DNA of 64,000 nt. Origin: an uncultured delta proteobacterium (lineage in GTDB: Bacteria > Desulfobacterota > Desulfobacteria > Desulfobacterales > Desulfosalsimonadaceae). Made by a program: the position numbers and the translations under genes. The notes beneath the pieces are model-generated. The model was not told the origin of the DNA and searched no databases. It saw nothing but the letters and a program-made list of their open reading frames with translations. The stretch's first letter is position 1. Every line of letters begins with the position of its first letter. The stretch lies in contig CAWGYD010000006.1 of the NCBI GenBank assembly GCA_963826785.1, positions 224,001-288,000 on the forward strand, given 5' to 3'. Shown piece after piece: positions 29,792 through 45,278 of this stretch.

Positions 29792-32520
29792 ATGACATGG
29801 TCCGGCCCCTGGAGCGCCCAATATATCGAAAAGCAATATGCGCTGTGGAAAGAAAACCCGGAGCGTCTTGAAAAAGACTGGCGGTTTTTTTTCGAAGGCT
29901 TTGAACTGGGGCTCTCCCCGCCGGAATTCTTCCAGGAAGGCGTCTGCGATGAAGCGACCGCCCGGCTGCAGTCGAAAGTCGAAGCCCTGATTTACCGGTA
30001 CCGGGATATCGGCCATTTGATGTCCTGCCTGGACCCCCTGGAATCGTGCCCCACCGACCATCCGCTGCTCAACGTGGAGGCTTTCGGGCTTTCCACAGAC
30101 GATCTGAACCGGCCGTTTTATGCCCCGGACCTGTATCCGGACGGATCCGTCCCTTTGAAGGAAATCATCGGGCGGCTCAAAAAGACCTACTGCCGTTCCG
30201 TGGGTGTGGAATACATGCACATCCAGGACCCGCAGGAACGGGAATGGCTGCAAAGCCGCATCGAAAATCCGGATCCGGCCGGCGCCGGTGCCGAGGAAAA
30301 GATCTGGATCTTCAAAAAATTATCCCAGGCCAACCGCTTCGAGCAGTTTGTGCACAAAAAATACCTGGGCCAGAAGCGCTTCTCCCTGGAGGGGGCGGAC
30401 GCGGTGCTGCCCATGGTGCATGAGCTGTTCAACCACGCGGCCGGATACGGCTGCGAGCGGGTCATCCTGGGCATGTCCCACAGGGGCCGGTTAAATGTCC
30501 AGGTGAACGTGTTCGGCAAATCCTACGAGGATCTCTTCCGGGAATTCGAGGACCAGCACAACCCCGAAGGCGAGGTGGGCACCGGGGACGTGAAATATCA
30601 CAAGGGGTTTGAATCGACGTTTATTGCCGCCAGCGGGGAAAAAATCCATGCGGTCATGGTCGACAATCCCAGCCACCTGGAGTCGGTGGACCCGGTGGCA
30701 CAAGGCATCGCCCGGGCCTTTCAGGACCGGTTGACCGAAAAAAACGGCGGGGCCGAACAGATCCGGCAGAAGGTGATGCCGGTCCTGCTTCACGGGGACG
30801 CCGGATTTGCCGGCCAGGGGATCGTGGCCGAAACCTTGAACCTTTCCCAGCTTTCCGGGTATGCCACCGGCGGGACCGTCCACATCATCATCAACAACCA
30901 GATCGGATACACCACCCTGCCCGAAGACGCCCGGTCCAGCCGGTATTCCACGGATATGGCCAAGGCGCTGATGATCCCCATCTTCCACGTCCATGGGGAG
31001 GACCCCGAGGCGGTGCTGCGGGTGGTGCGGCTGGCCTGCGACTACCGGATGCACTTTGGAAAGGACGTGGTCATCGATGTGGTCTGCTACCGCCGCTACG
31101 GCCACAACGAGGGGGACGAGCCGTACTTCACCCAGCCCACCCTGTACGAGCGGATCCGCAACCGGCCCACCCTGGACCGACTCTATGCCGAAACCCTGGT
31201 TCAAGCAAACGTCGTGGAAAATGACGCCGTCGAAAATATCCAGAATGATATCGACCACTGCCTGGACACCGCGCTGGAAAAAGCCAGAAATCAACCGCCG
31301 CCTTCTTCCGGCAAAACACCGGATGAGGCCGCCGACGCTGAATCTGCGGACCGCCTTGACGGCAGGACCGCGGTCGCCAAAAAAGAGCTGACGGCCCTTG
31401 CCGAAAAGATCAATTCGGTGCCGGACGGGTTTCATCTGCACGCCAAACTCAAGCGGGTGCTGCTGGACAACCGGCTCAAGGCGGTAAAAGAAGGCAAAGG
31501 GATCGACTGGGCCAATGCGGAGGCCCTGGCCTTTGCCACCTTGCTCAAAGAGGGGCGGCCGGTGCGGTTAAGCGGCCAGGACAGCCAGCGGGGGACCTTC
31601 AGCCAGCGCCACAGCGTTTTATTCGATACACAAACCGGCGACCCCTATGTGCCCCTGGCCCATATCGGCGAAGATCAGGGGCCGTTTTATACGGTAAACA
31701 GCCCCTTGTCCGAAGCCGGGGTAATGGGATTCGATTACGGCTATTCCCTGTACCGCAGGGAAGGGCTCACCTTATGGGAAGCCCAGTTCGGCGATTTCGT
31801 CAACAACGCCCAGGCCATCATCGATCAATATCTTTCCAGCGGGGAGAGCAAATGGCAGAAGAAAAGCGGCCTTACCCTGCTGCTGCCCCATGGCTACGAG
31901 GGGATGGGACCGGAGCACTCCAGCGCCCGCATCGAGCGTTTCCTGCAGCTGGCCGCCGAGGACAACATCATCGTCTGCAACCCCAGCACCCCGGCCCAGT
32001 ATTTCCATCTGCTGAGGCGCCAGGCCGTTTACGAAATCTCAAAGCCCCTGGTGATTTTCACCCCCAAGAGTCTGCTGCGAAACCCCCTGGCAACATCCGG
32101 TCTGGCGGACTTCACCCGGGAGAAGTTTTCACCGGTGATCGATGATCCGGCCCCGCCTGAAACCCCCCGAAAATGCGTGTTTGTTTCCGGCAAGCTCTAC
32201 TACGACCTGATCAAGGCCGCAAACGATCAGAAAACCAAAAGAGCGGCGCTGGTGCGGGTGGAGCAGCTCTATCCCTTTCCGGAAAAAGAGATTTCGAAAA
32301 TATTGAAAAAGTATACCGCCTGCAAAGAATTCATCTGGGCGCAGGAAGAGCCGGAAAACCAGGGTCCCTGGCGCTACATGGCAGCCATCGGTTCCAGCAG
32401 GCGTTTTCCATGACGCCGGCATACGTCGGCCGGAATCCCGCGGCCAGCCCGGCCACGGGGTACCACCACGAATTCGTGCGGGAGCAGGAAGAGATCGTCG
32501 GGAAGATAACGGGTAAATGA
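29792..32520 (+). CDS. sucA: 2-oxoglutarate dehydrogenase E1, frameshift near 32370-32400
   Basis: [52 protein letters not shown]. The conserved tail [13 protein letters not shown] lies in another frame ending at 32520. Confidence 0.93.
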
Positions 32521-32534
32521 CACACGGAGGCGAT

Positions 32535-33872
32535 ATGACGATAGAAATCAAGATCCCCGAGGTGGGGGAATCGGTCCAGGAGGCCATCCTGGCCGAATGG
32601 TACAAATCCGACGGGGATTACGTGGAAAAAGACGAGCCGGTATTTGTCCTGGAGACGGACAAGGTGACCCTGGAAGTGCCCGCAGAGGCCGCCGGCGTCC
32701 TTCACATCCGGGTGGCGGCGGGCGAAACCGTATCCATCGGCCAGGTGGTGGGCGAAATCGATGCCGAAGCCGCCAAGGAAGAGGGCCAAAAAGCGCCCGA
32801 AAAGGAAAAAGAGGCCGATAAGCCGGCGCCGGAACCGGAACCGGAACAGACCGGGGAAAAGCCCGCTGAAAAGAAACCGGAGACGGTAAGTAAAGAACCA
32901 GCGCCGGCAAAACCCGAAGAAGGGCAAACAAAACCGGATGCGGAAAAGAAAGACCGAAAAACCGCCCCTGCGGAAAAGCCGCTTCTCTCCCCTTCCGTGC
33001 GCCGACTGGTGGCCGAGGAAAACCTGGATGTCGAAAAAATCAAGGGCACCGGTCCGGGAGGCCGCGTCACCAAAGGGGATGTGATCCTGCATCTCGAGTC
33101 CGGGGAGGGCGAAAAAAAATCCGCCCAAACCGGTCAACCCCCTTCGGAACCGGCTGCCAAGGCTGCACCCGAAGAAAAGACCACCCGCAAGGCCATGTCC
33201 CCCATCCGCAAGCGGATCGCCGCGCACCTGCTCGCCGCCCGCCAGAACACCGCCATGCTCACCACCTTCAACGATATCGACATGAGCGCCGTGATGGGCC
33301 TTCGCAAACGGTTCAAGGATGATTTTGACCAGCGCTACGGCGTCCGGCTGGGGTTCATGTCCTTTTTCATCAAGGCATCGGTCTCCGCCCTCAGGGAATT
33401 TCCCGAGGTGAACGCCTATCTCGAGGAAAACGAGATCGTCTACCACCATTATTATCATATCGGCGTGGCCATCGGTGCAGAGCGCGGCCTGGTGGTGCCG
33501 GTGATCCGGCATGCGGACGCCTTAAGCTTCGCCGATCTGGAAAAGGCGGTTTTAGAATATGCCGGAAAAGTCAAAAACAACACCTTGAAGCTTGAAGACC
33601 TGGAGGGGGGAACCTTTTCCATCACCAACGGCGGCGTCTACGGATCCCTGCTCTCCACCCCCATCCTCAACATGCCCCAAAGCGGCATCCTGGGCATGCA
33701 CCGCATCGAACAGCGGCCGGTGGCCTTCGACGGCCAGGTGGTGATCCGGCCCATGATGTATGTTGCGCTTTCCTATGACCACCGCATCGTGGACGGCAAG
33801 GATGCGGTCACCTTCCTGCGCCGCATCAAGGAGCTCATCGAAAACCCGGAACGGATGATGATGGAGATATGA
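32535..33872 (+). CDS. sucB: Dihydrolipoyllysine-residue succinyltransferase (E2)
   Basis: Lipoyl motif ETDKV, E3-binding [13 protein letters not shown], catalytic [16 protein letters not shown]. Confidence 0.96.
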   Translation: MTIEIKIPEVGESVQEAILAEWYKSDGDYVEKDEPVFVLETDKVTLEVPAEAAGVLHIRVAAGETVSIGQVVGEIDAEAAKEEGQKAPEKEKEADKPAPEPEPEQTGEKPAEKKPETVSKEPAPAKPEEGQTKPDAEKKDRKTAPAEKPLLSPSVRRLVAEENLDVEKIKGTGPGGRVTKGDVILHLESGEGEKKSAQTGQPPSEPAAKAAPEEKTTRKAMSPIRKRIAAHLLAARQNTAMLTTFNDIDMSAVMGLRKRFKDDFDQRYGVRLGFMSFFIKASVSALREFPEVNAYLEENEIVYHHYYHIGVAIGAERGLVVPVIRHADALSFADLEKAVLEYAGKVKNNTLKLEDLEGGTFSITNGGVYGSLLSTPILNMPQSGILGMHRIEQRPVAFDGQVVIRPMMYVALSYDHRIVDGKDAVTFLRRIKELIENPERMMMEI

Positions 33873-35302
33873 ACATGGCACAACAGACCCGATACGACCT
33901 GATCATCATCGGCGCGGGCCCCGGCGGATATGTGGCCGCGGCCCGGGCCGGGATGCTTGGCATGAAGGTGGCCTGCGTGGACAAAGAAGAGCGGCTGGGG
34001 GGCGTGTGCCTGAGGATCGGCTGCATCCCCAGCAAGGCCCTGCTCGATTCCAGTGAATACTATGCCCTTTCCCAGAATGCCTTTGCGGAGCACGGCATCA
34101 CCGCAAAAAATGTAAAAATCGATCTTAAACAGATGATGGCCCGCAAGGACGACGTGGTCAAGGTGCTCACGGACAATGTGGCCAAACTGCTGGAAGGCAA
34201 CAAGGTGACCATTCTTCGGGGGACGGCCCGGCTGCTGGATGCAAACCGGGTGGAGATTTCGCCGGCCGACGGGTCCGGCAAAAAGGGCAAAAAACTCGAG
34301 ATCGCCGCAGACCATATCCTGCTGGCCACGGGCAGTGAACCGGTCGAACTCAAAGGGCTTTCCTTCGACGGAAAAAACATCGTGACCTCCACCGAAGCGC
34401 TCTCCTTTACTGAAATCCCGAAACATCTGGTGGTGGTGGGCGGCGGCTATATCGGACTGGAACTGGGATCGGTGTGGTCGCGGCTGGGATCGAAAGTCAC
34501 CGTGCTGGAGATGACCGACCGCATCGCCGGGGTCACCGACGGCCAGATCAGCCGCACCCTGATGCGGGTGCTCAAAAAGCAGGGGCTTGACATCCAGGTA
34601 AACACCAAGGTGGTAAAAGCGGATGTGAAAAAAGGAAAGGTGTCGGTTTCCGTTTCCCGCAAGGACGGCAACGAAGAGACCATCGCGTGCGATAAAGTCC
34701 TGGTGGCGGTGGGCCGCCGGCCCATTACCGGGGGGCTGGGGCTGGAGAATGCGGGCATTTCGCCCGATGCCATGGGCGCCATACCCGTGGATGCCGCCTA
34801 CCGCACCCGCGCGTCATCCGTTTATGCCATCGGCGATCTCATCGCCGGCCCCATGCTGGCCCACAAGGCCTCGGCCGAGGGGATCGCGGCCGTGGAGAAC
34901 ATGGCGGGGAAGGCAGGGGAGGTCAATTATGACGCCATTCCATCCGTGATCTACACCTTCCCCGAGGTGGCCGCGGTGGGCCTGACGGAGGAGCAGTTAA
35001 AGGAAAGAGACATCCCCTACTGCAAGGGGACCTACCCGTTTTCCGGGGCCGGCCGGGCCCGGTGCATGGGGGAAACCGAAGGGCTGGTCAAGATCCTGTC
35101 CCACGAAAAGACCGACCGGATACTGGGGGTGCACATCATCGGCGCCCGGGCCTCGGACATGATCGCCGAAGCCACCCTGGCCATCGAGATGAACGCCTCG
35201 GCAGAAGACATCAGCCGCACCATCCACGGCCATCCCACCTTTGCCGAAGCCCTGCAGGAAGCGGCCAGCGTGGCCCGGGAATGTTCGATTTATTCTGGAT
35301 GA
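33869..35302 (+). CDS. lpdA: Dihydrolipoamide dehydrogenase (E3)
   Basis: [33 protein letters not shown]. Confidence 0.96.
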   Translation: MNMAQQTRYDLIIIGAGPGGYVAAARAGMLGMKVACVDKEERLGGVCLRIGCIPSKALLDSSEYYALSQNAFAEHGITAKNVKIDLKQMMARKDDVVKVLTDNVAKLLEGNKVTILRGTARLLDANRVEISPADGSGKKGKKLEIAADHILLATGSEPVELKGLSFDGKNIVTSTEALSFTEIPKHLVVVGGGYIGLELGSVWSRLGSKVTVLEMTDRIAGVTDGQISRTLMRVLKKQGLDIQVNTKVVKADVKKGKVSVSVSRKDGNEETIACDKVLVAVGRRPITGGLGLENAGISPDAMGAIPVDAAYRTRASSVYAIGDLIAGPMLAHKASAEGIAAVENMAGKAGEVNYDAIPSVIYTFPEVAAVGLTEEQLKERDIPYCKGTYPFSGAGRARCMGETEGLVKILSHEKTDRILGVHIIGARASDMIAEATLAIEMNASAEDISRTIHGHPTFAEALQEAASVARECSIYSG

Positions 35303-35342
35303 AGGAACAATGCGGGCTTGCGCCTGCTTAAATCCCTTCAGC

Positions 35343-36536
35343 CTATTTTCCTTCGGCCTGTCTTTTCTCCATGGGCACGAATGCGCACTCCTCCGGGCCG
35401 CAGTATTCTCCCACGTAATCGGATGAGGGGCGGTAGAGAACCGGTTTTCCAGAGGCGCCGCCGAACTGCTCCTCCAGGACGTGGGCCGTCCACCCGGACA
35501 CCCGGGAAATGGCGAACACCGGGGTGAACAGATCGATGGGGATTCCCATCATGTAGTAGACCGCCGCGCTGTAGAAATCGACATTGGAGTAGATTTCCAG
35601 ACCCTTTTTCTCCTTGAAGGCGCGGGTCGCCTTCTTCTCCAATTCGATGGTCATGTCGTACCACTTGGTGTCGTGGTTCCGCTCCCCCAGCTTCCGGGAG
35701 ATTTTTGCCAGGATTTTGCCCCTCGGATCGCCGGTCTTGTATATGGCATGCCCCAGCCCCATGATCTTGCCCCCCTTTTCCAGGGTGCGGTCGATGTAAT
35801 TATCGATCTGGTCCAGTGATCCGATGTTGAGCAGCATCTGCATGACCCGCTCATTGGCGCCGCCGTGCAGTTCTCCGGAGAGCGACCCCACGGCTGCGGA
35901 AATGGCCGCATAGATGTTCGCCCGGGTGGAAGCCACTTCCCTGGCCGCAAAAGTGGAGGCATTGAATGAATGCTCCGCGTGCAGGACCAGGCAGGTGTCG
36001 AACCAGCGGGCGACTTCTTCGTCGGGCGTCTCCCCGGTGAGCATGTACAGGAAATTGGCGGCATGGGAAAGATTTGAGTCCGGCGCAACCGGTTCAAGGT
36101 TGTTCCGGATCCGGTGCCACGCCGCAACCACACTGGGAAACCGGGCGATCAGCCGCAGGCCGATATCCAGCACGTTCTGCTGCTCCAGTTCGGCGGCATT
36201 GGGATCATGATTGGCCAGCATGGCCGCCGAGGCTTGAAGGATCACCATGGGCAGGGACTCACGCGGCTGGGTTTTGAGCGCATCGATCAGGTCCGGGGGC
36301 AGCTCCCGTTCGGCTTTCATGCGCCGGTCCAGTACCTGCAATTCATCTTTTGCGGGCAGCTTTTCAAACAGCAGCAGGTGGACGATTTCCTCAAAAGTGG
36401 TGTTTTCGGCCAGGTCGTTGATCAAAAATCCGCGATAGATCAGCTTTCCCGCCTGGCCGTCCACGTGGCTGATCCGGGTGGTGGCCACGGTCACTCCCCT
36501 TAATCCGGTATTTACGATTTTGCTGCTTTCCGCCAT
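35343..36536 (-). CDS. gltA: Citrate (Si)-synthase / methylcitrate synthase family
   Basis: GLRGV, HAEHSFNASTF, LHGGANE, MGLGHAIYK.GDPR, NVDFYS, SRVSGWTAH. Confidence 0.92.
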   Translation of the reverse strand: MAESSKIVNTGLRGVTVATTRISHVDGQAGKLIYRGFLINDLAENTTFEEIVHLLLFEKLPAKDELQVLDRRMKAERELPPDLIDALKTQPRESLPMVILQASAAMLANHDPNAAELEQQNVLDIGLRLIARFPSVVAAWHRIRNNLEPVAPDSNLSHAANFLYMLTGETPDEEVARWFDTCLVLHAEHSFNASTFAAREVASTRANIYAAISAAVGSLSGELHGGANERVMQMLLNIGSLDQIDNYIDRTLEKGGKIMGLGHAIYKTGDPRGKILAKISRKLGERNHDTKWYDMTIELEKKATRAFKEKKGLEIYSNVDFYSAAVYYMMGIPIDLFTPVFAISRVSGWTAHVLEEQFGGASGKPVLYRPSSDYVGEYCGPEECAFVPMEKRQAEGK

Positions 36537-36582
36537 TTCTCATCTCCTAATCGTTTTATGTCTGAATCCCAATCCGCACGAA

Positions 36583-37977
<1,395 letters not shown>

Positions 37978-38253
37978 CTCGGACCTCCACTGTTTTCCAC
38001 TGTTTGTTCAATCCACCTTCGCAGCACCTGATAATATAAATTATGGGACTTGTGTCCCGGTTTGTCCACCCCGCCGCGCTTTGCCCGTGTATGGCATCAT
38101 CCGCTTGTGCATTTTGCCGCCCCGCCGGTTTGGGTTGATCTATTCAAACGAAATGCATAAACTAATCCCGTTTGATCATTGTTCATGGAATCATTATGAT
38201 ATTCCTAATATAGCTCATTTTGACGCAACATCAAGACAAGAAAGGGAATACCA

Positions 38254-41023
<2,770 letters not shown>

Positions 41024-41042
41024 AGGGAGTCAGGCTGAGTAT

Positions 41043-41238
41043 ACTGAGGCGACCTGCCTGCGGGTTTCTCCCGCTCACTGTTCATTATTTTGATGCTTCT
41101 AAGGCTTGCTCCGCTGCATCCTGGAAACTCGCCTGTCGGCTCAGACAATCCAGGATGCGGTCGCTGTGCTTCGCCAAGAAGCATTTTCAAAATAATGAAG
41201 CAATGTTCGCCGAGAGAAACCCGCAGACAGGTCTCAGT
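41043..41238. repeat. About 196-bp imperfect palindrome (long hairpin)
   Basis: Nested arms ACTGAG..ACCTGCCTGCGGGTTTCTC / GAGAAACCCGCAGACAGGTCTCAGT, TTCATTATTTTGA / TCAAAATAATGAA, GCATCCTGGA / TCCAGGATGC around AACTCGCCTGTCGGCTCAGACAA. Confidence 0.85.
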
Positions 41239-41280
41239 GCCCGTGCAAACCAATTCAACTCAGAAACCCAATGCTTGGAC

Positions 41281-42535
41281 CGGACTCCTGACGGACGCGT
41301 GGACATGGGTCTGGGGAGCGAATTGTATATTTTTGCCCTCATCGCCGGGGACGTGCGATCCTCAATTTCCACGAATGAATTCAACTGATCGGCTGCCCTG
41401 GCCGGCAAAAAGATTCTGAGCGGACCAGATTCATGTCCATGCGCCCCGTCAGCCACGGCAAAGCAAAAGATCAAAAATCCTTCAAGGAACTTGCTTCTGG
41501 AAAGGTGTTGTTTTTTTTGCAATGACCGGTTGAACACCCCCCTGGCCCCCCTCGAGGGGGGATTTAAAAGGGGAAGCACCGGCGGCATTCGCGGCATTCA
41601 TTAGGTTAGGCGTCGCAAGTTCCTTGAGGCAAAACACCGCGGCAGGGTGGAGGGCTTTCAAGAAGCTCAGGAGCCCTCCTGCTCATGATATTTCGTAAGC
41701 CGGGCTCCTGGCGGGCGCGTGGATATGGGTCTGGGGAGCGAATTGTATATTTTTGCCCTCATCGCCGGGGACGTGCGATCCTCAATTTCCTGTCACGGGT
41801 GAATCCAACTGGCCGGCTGCCCTGACCGGCAAAAAGATTCTGAGCGGACCAGATTCATGTCCATGCGCCCCGTCAGCCACGGCAAAGCAAAAGATCAAAA
41901 ATTCTTCAAGGAAGTTGCTTCTGGAAAGGTGTTGTTTTTTTTTGCAATGGCCAGGCTGAACACCCCCCTGGCCCCCCTCGAGGGGGGATTTAAAAGGGGA
42001 AGCACCGGCGGCATTCGCGGCATTCATCAGGTTAGGCGTCGCAAGTTCCTTGAGGCAAAACACCGCGCAGCGGGATGGAGGGCTTTCAAGAAGCTCAGGA
42101 GTCCTCCTGCTCATGATATTTCGTAAGCCGGGCTCCTGGCGGGCGCGTGGATATGGGTCTGGGGAGCGAATTGTATATTTTTGCCCTCATCGCCGGGGAC
42201 GTGCGATCCTCAATTTCCTGTCCGGGTGAATCCAACTGGCCGGCTGCCCTGGCCGGCAAAAAGATTCTGAGCGGACCAGATTCATGTCCATGTGCCCGTC
42301 AGCCACGGCAAAGCAAAAAATCCTTCAAGGAACTTGCTTCTGGAAAGGTGTTGTTTTTTTTTGCAATGACCGGTTCAACACCCCCCTGGCCCCCCTCGAG
42401 GGGGGATTTAAAAGGGGAGTAGGTGGCATTGCGGCATTCATCAGTTAGGCGTCGCAAGTTCCTTGCTGCAAAACACCGCGCAGCAGGAGTGGAGGTGCTT
42501 TCAAGAAGCTCAGGAGTCCTCCTTCTCGTGATACT
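41281..42535. repeat. Three tandem, slightly diverged copies of a 420-428-bp non-coding unit
   Basis: Units start at 41281, 41701 and 42129; each contains GGGTCTGGGGAGCGAATTGTATAT and the CCCCCCTCGAGGGGGG palindrome; the last unit merges into the sdhB 3' end. Confidence 0.95.
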
Positions 42536-43232
42536 TCTCGATCCGGCGCTTGGTTTCGTTGATCAGCTTGGTCACCTTGATGCTTCTCGGGCAGGCTTTT
42601 GTGCACTCGAAAAAATTCTGGCAGGGCCATACCCCATTTTCTTCGTCCAATTCCGGCAGGCGGGCCTCAAATCCCCGGTCACGGCTGTCCTTGTTGAACC
42701 GGCTGGCCTGGACGATCACGCCGGGGCCTAAGAATTTTGGATTTTCGCCCATGACCGGACAGGCGGACATGCAGGCGGCGCATAGGATGCAATTGGTGGG
42801 GTCATCGAATGCTTTTCGCTGCTCGGGGGACTGGATCCGTTCTTTTTCCGGAGGCGGTTCGTCGTTGATCAGAAAGGGCTTTACCGAGCGGTATTTGTCC
42901 AGAAACGAATCCTGGTCTACGATCAGGTCCCGCATCACTGTAAAATGGCGCATGGGCTCAATGGTGATCACATCCCCGTCGGCTTCGGCCACGTCCTTGA
43001 CCAGGGTCTTGCAGGCCAGGCGGTCATGGCCGTTGATGCGCATGGCATCGGACCCGCAGACCCCGTGGGCGCAGCTTTTACGAAAATTCAGAGTTCCGTC
43101 CTCATCCCGTTTGATACGCATCAACACGTCTAAAACCCGGTCGGTCGGGTCGGCCGAGACTTCATAGTTTTGAAAATGGGCGGAAGCCTCGGTTTTAGGA
43201 TTGTAGCGCTGTATTTTAACTGTAATGTCCAT
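42510..43232 (-). CDS. sdhB: Succinate dehydrogenase/fumarate reductase iron-sulfur subunit
   Basis: SCAHGVCGSD...LAC, CILCAACMSACP, CQNFFECTKACP. Confidence 0.95.
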   Translation of the reverse strand: MDITVKIQRYNPKTEASAHFQNYEVSADPTDRVLDVLMRIKRDEDGTLNFRKSCAHGVCGSDAMRINGHDRLACKTLVKDVAEADGDVITIEPMRHFTVMRDLIVDQDSFLDKYRSVKPFLINDEPPPEKERIQSPEQRKAFDDPTNCILCAACMSACPVMGENPKFLGPGVIVQASRFNKDSRDRGFEARLPELDEENGVWPCQNFFECTKACPRSIKVTKLINETKRRIEKYHEKEDS

Positions 43233-43353
43233 GCCTGCTCCTGATAATTTTTCGGCAAAATGGGTTGTTCTCCGCTTTTTCCTGACCCTGATCCTGCTCC
43301 AAACGCTTAAAAGCGGCGTTTAAGATCAAATCAGCCGCATGGCCAGATCTGCT

Positions 43354-45096
43354 TTAATACACCCGGGGCCGGGGTTCCCACCGGGAAAGATTCACATCCA
43401 GGTATTCGATGCGCACCCCATCGTTTTCCAGAAACGCCAGGGTATGCTTGAGCCATTTTTCATCATTTCGGTCCGGAAAATCCGTCCGGGAATGAGCGCC
43501 CCGGCTTTCGGTGCGGTTTCTTGCCGATACTGCGGTGATCAGCGACAAATCCAGCAGGTTTCCCAGTTCCAGAAGTTCCAGCAGATCGGAATTAAACGCA
43601 TTGCCGGTATCCCGGGCCCGGGCGGCCTTGTGCTGCTCCCGGAGCCCTGAAAGACGCTTTACGGCCCCGGCCATTTTCTCCTCGTTTCGGTATACCCCCA
43701 CGTTTGCCGTCATCTGGGCTTCCATTTCCGCCCGGATGTGTCCGTTTTCCGGTCTTTCGTTCCCTGCGGACATGGCGGCGATCTTTTCCCGGACGGGATC
43801 GGCCGCCGCCTCCGGAACACGGGGACGGTCCGAGCCTTTCACGTAGTCGGCGATATGAATGCCCGCCCGTCGTCCGAACACCACCAGGTCCAGCAGGCTG
43901 TTGGTTCCCAGGCGGTTGGCGCCATGGACCGATACGCAGGCGCATTCCCCGGCCGCATACAGCCCTGCCACCATGTTGCCGGACGCGTCGGCCCGGACCC
44001 GGCCGTTGATATCCGTCGGAATGCCGCCCATGGCATAATGGGCCGTGGGATGCACGGGGATGGGTTTTTCCGCCGGATCGACATCCAGGTAATTTTTGCA
44101 GAATCCGGTGATATCCGGAAGCTTGGCCGCCAACGTCTCTTTTCCGATTCCCGTAGCGTCCAGGTACAGGTAATCGTTCATCTGCCGGTCCCCCCGGATG
44201 CCTCTGCCTTCCAGAATTTCCGTCATCATGGCCCTGGACACCATGTCCCGGGGGGCCAGATCGAGCAGGGTGGGGGCGTATTCTTCCATGAACCGTTTGC
44301 CGTCCCGGTTGCGCAGGATTCCGCCTTCGCCCCGGACCGCCTCGGAAATGAGGATGCCCATGTCCCGGATGCCGGTGGGGTGAAACTGGAAAAATTCCAT
44401 ATCCTCCAGGGGAATCCCCCGCCGGGCCAGGATGGCCGGGCCATCGCCGGTGCTGGCATACGCGTTGGAAGTGACCTTGAACATGCGGCCGAACCCGCCG
44501 GTGGCAAAAAGGACCGCTTTGGCGGCAAACACATGGATGTCACCGGTGGCAAACTCGAGTGCCACCACTCCGGAGCATCGATGATCCTCGACAAGGATAT
44601 CTAAGATCTGATACTCGTCAAAGAAGGTGACATCGTTTTTGATGCACTGCTGATAGAGGGTCTGCAGGATCATGTGCCCGGTCCGGTCGGCCGCATAGCA
44701 GGCCCTTTTCACCGCCTTCTCCCCGAAATTGGAGGTATGCCCGCCGAACCGGCGCTGATCGATGCGTCCTTCAGGGGTACGGTTAAAAGGCAGGCCCCGG
44801 TTTTCCAGGTCGTATACCGCCCGGACCGCATCTTCGGCAAGGATCAGGGCCGCATGCTGATCCACCAGATAGTCGCCCCCCTTGACCGTATCAAAGGCAT
44901 GCCATTCCGGGCGATCCTCTTCCACGTTCCCCAGGGCGGCGCTGATACCCCCCTGGGCGGCCCCCGTGTGGCTCCGCACCGCATACACTTTTGAAAGTAC
45001 GGCAGTTTTAGCACGATGACTGGCTTCCAGGGCCGCATACAGCCCTGCCCCGCCCGAGCCGATGACAACCACATCAAATTCATGGATCATGTACAT
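43354..45096 (-). CDS. sdhA: Succinate dehydrogenase/fumarate reductase flavoprotein subunit
   Basis: GSGGAG, RSHTGAAQGG, QFHPTG, SEAVRGEG, HYAMGG, HGANRLG. Confidence 0.96.
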   Translation of the reverse strand: MYMIHEFDVVVIGSGGAGLYAALEASHRAKTAVLSKVYAVRSHTGAAQGGISAALGNVEEDRPEWHAFDTVKGGDYLVDQHAALILAEDAVRAVYDLENRGLPFNRTPEGRIDQRRFGGHTSNFGEKAVKRACYAADRTGHMILQTLYQQCIKNDVTFFDEYQILDILVEDHRCSGVVALEFATGDIHVFAAKAVLFATGGFGRMFKVTSNAYASTGDGPAILARRGIPLEDMEFFQFHPTGIRDMGILISEAVRGEGGILRNRDGKRFMEEYAPTLLDLAPRDMVSRAMMTEILEGRGIRGDRQMNDYLYLDATGIGKETLAAKLPDITGFCKNYLDVDPAEKPIPVHPTAHYAMGGIPTDINGRVRADASGNMVAGLYAAGECACVSVHGANRLGTNSLLDLVVFGRRAGIHIADYVKGSDRPRVPEAAADPVREKIAAMSAGNERPENGHIRAEMEAQMTANVGVYRNEEKMAGAVKRLSGLREQHKAARARDTGNAFNSDLLELLELGNLLDLSLITAVSARNRTESRGAHSRTDFPDRNDEKWLKHTLAFLENDGVRIEYLDVNLSRWEPRPRVY

Positions 45097-45278
45097 CTCC
45101 CTTAAGCAAATGCGTTTAAATACACTTCATACGAAAATGATAATCCGCGGATAAGGATCTGTCGAATCGATCCCTCTGTTCGGGCACGACTTCTAATTTG
45201 ACGAATTATCTGATAATCATCATATTATTGATAAATGGCCGAAGTGGATTTCTTTACCTTCAAAACAACGAGCGAGGG

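Noticed and set aside
32760..32990. Low-complexity PEPEPE, Lys/Glu-rich repeats in sucB
   Set aside because: Ordinary flexible E2 linker.
38135..38150. FNR-like box between fumC and acnA (TTGATCTATTCAA)
   Set aside because: Spacing is TTGA-N5-TCAA rather than the FNR N6; too weak to call.
41281..42535. CRISPR array
   Set aside because: Units are ~425 bp and similar along their whole length; there is no short repeat/unique spacer pattern and no cas genes.
43030..43075. Asp replacing a [2Fe-2S] cysteine in SdhB (CGSD)
   Set aside because: A normal feature of E. coli-type SdhB.
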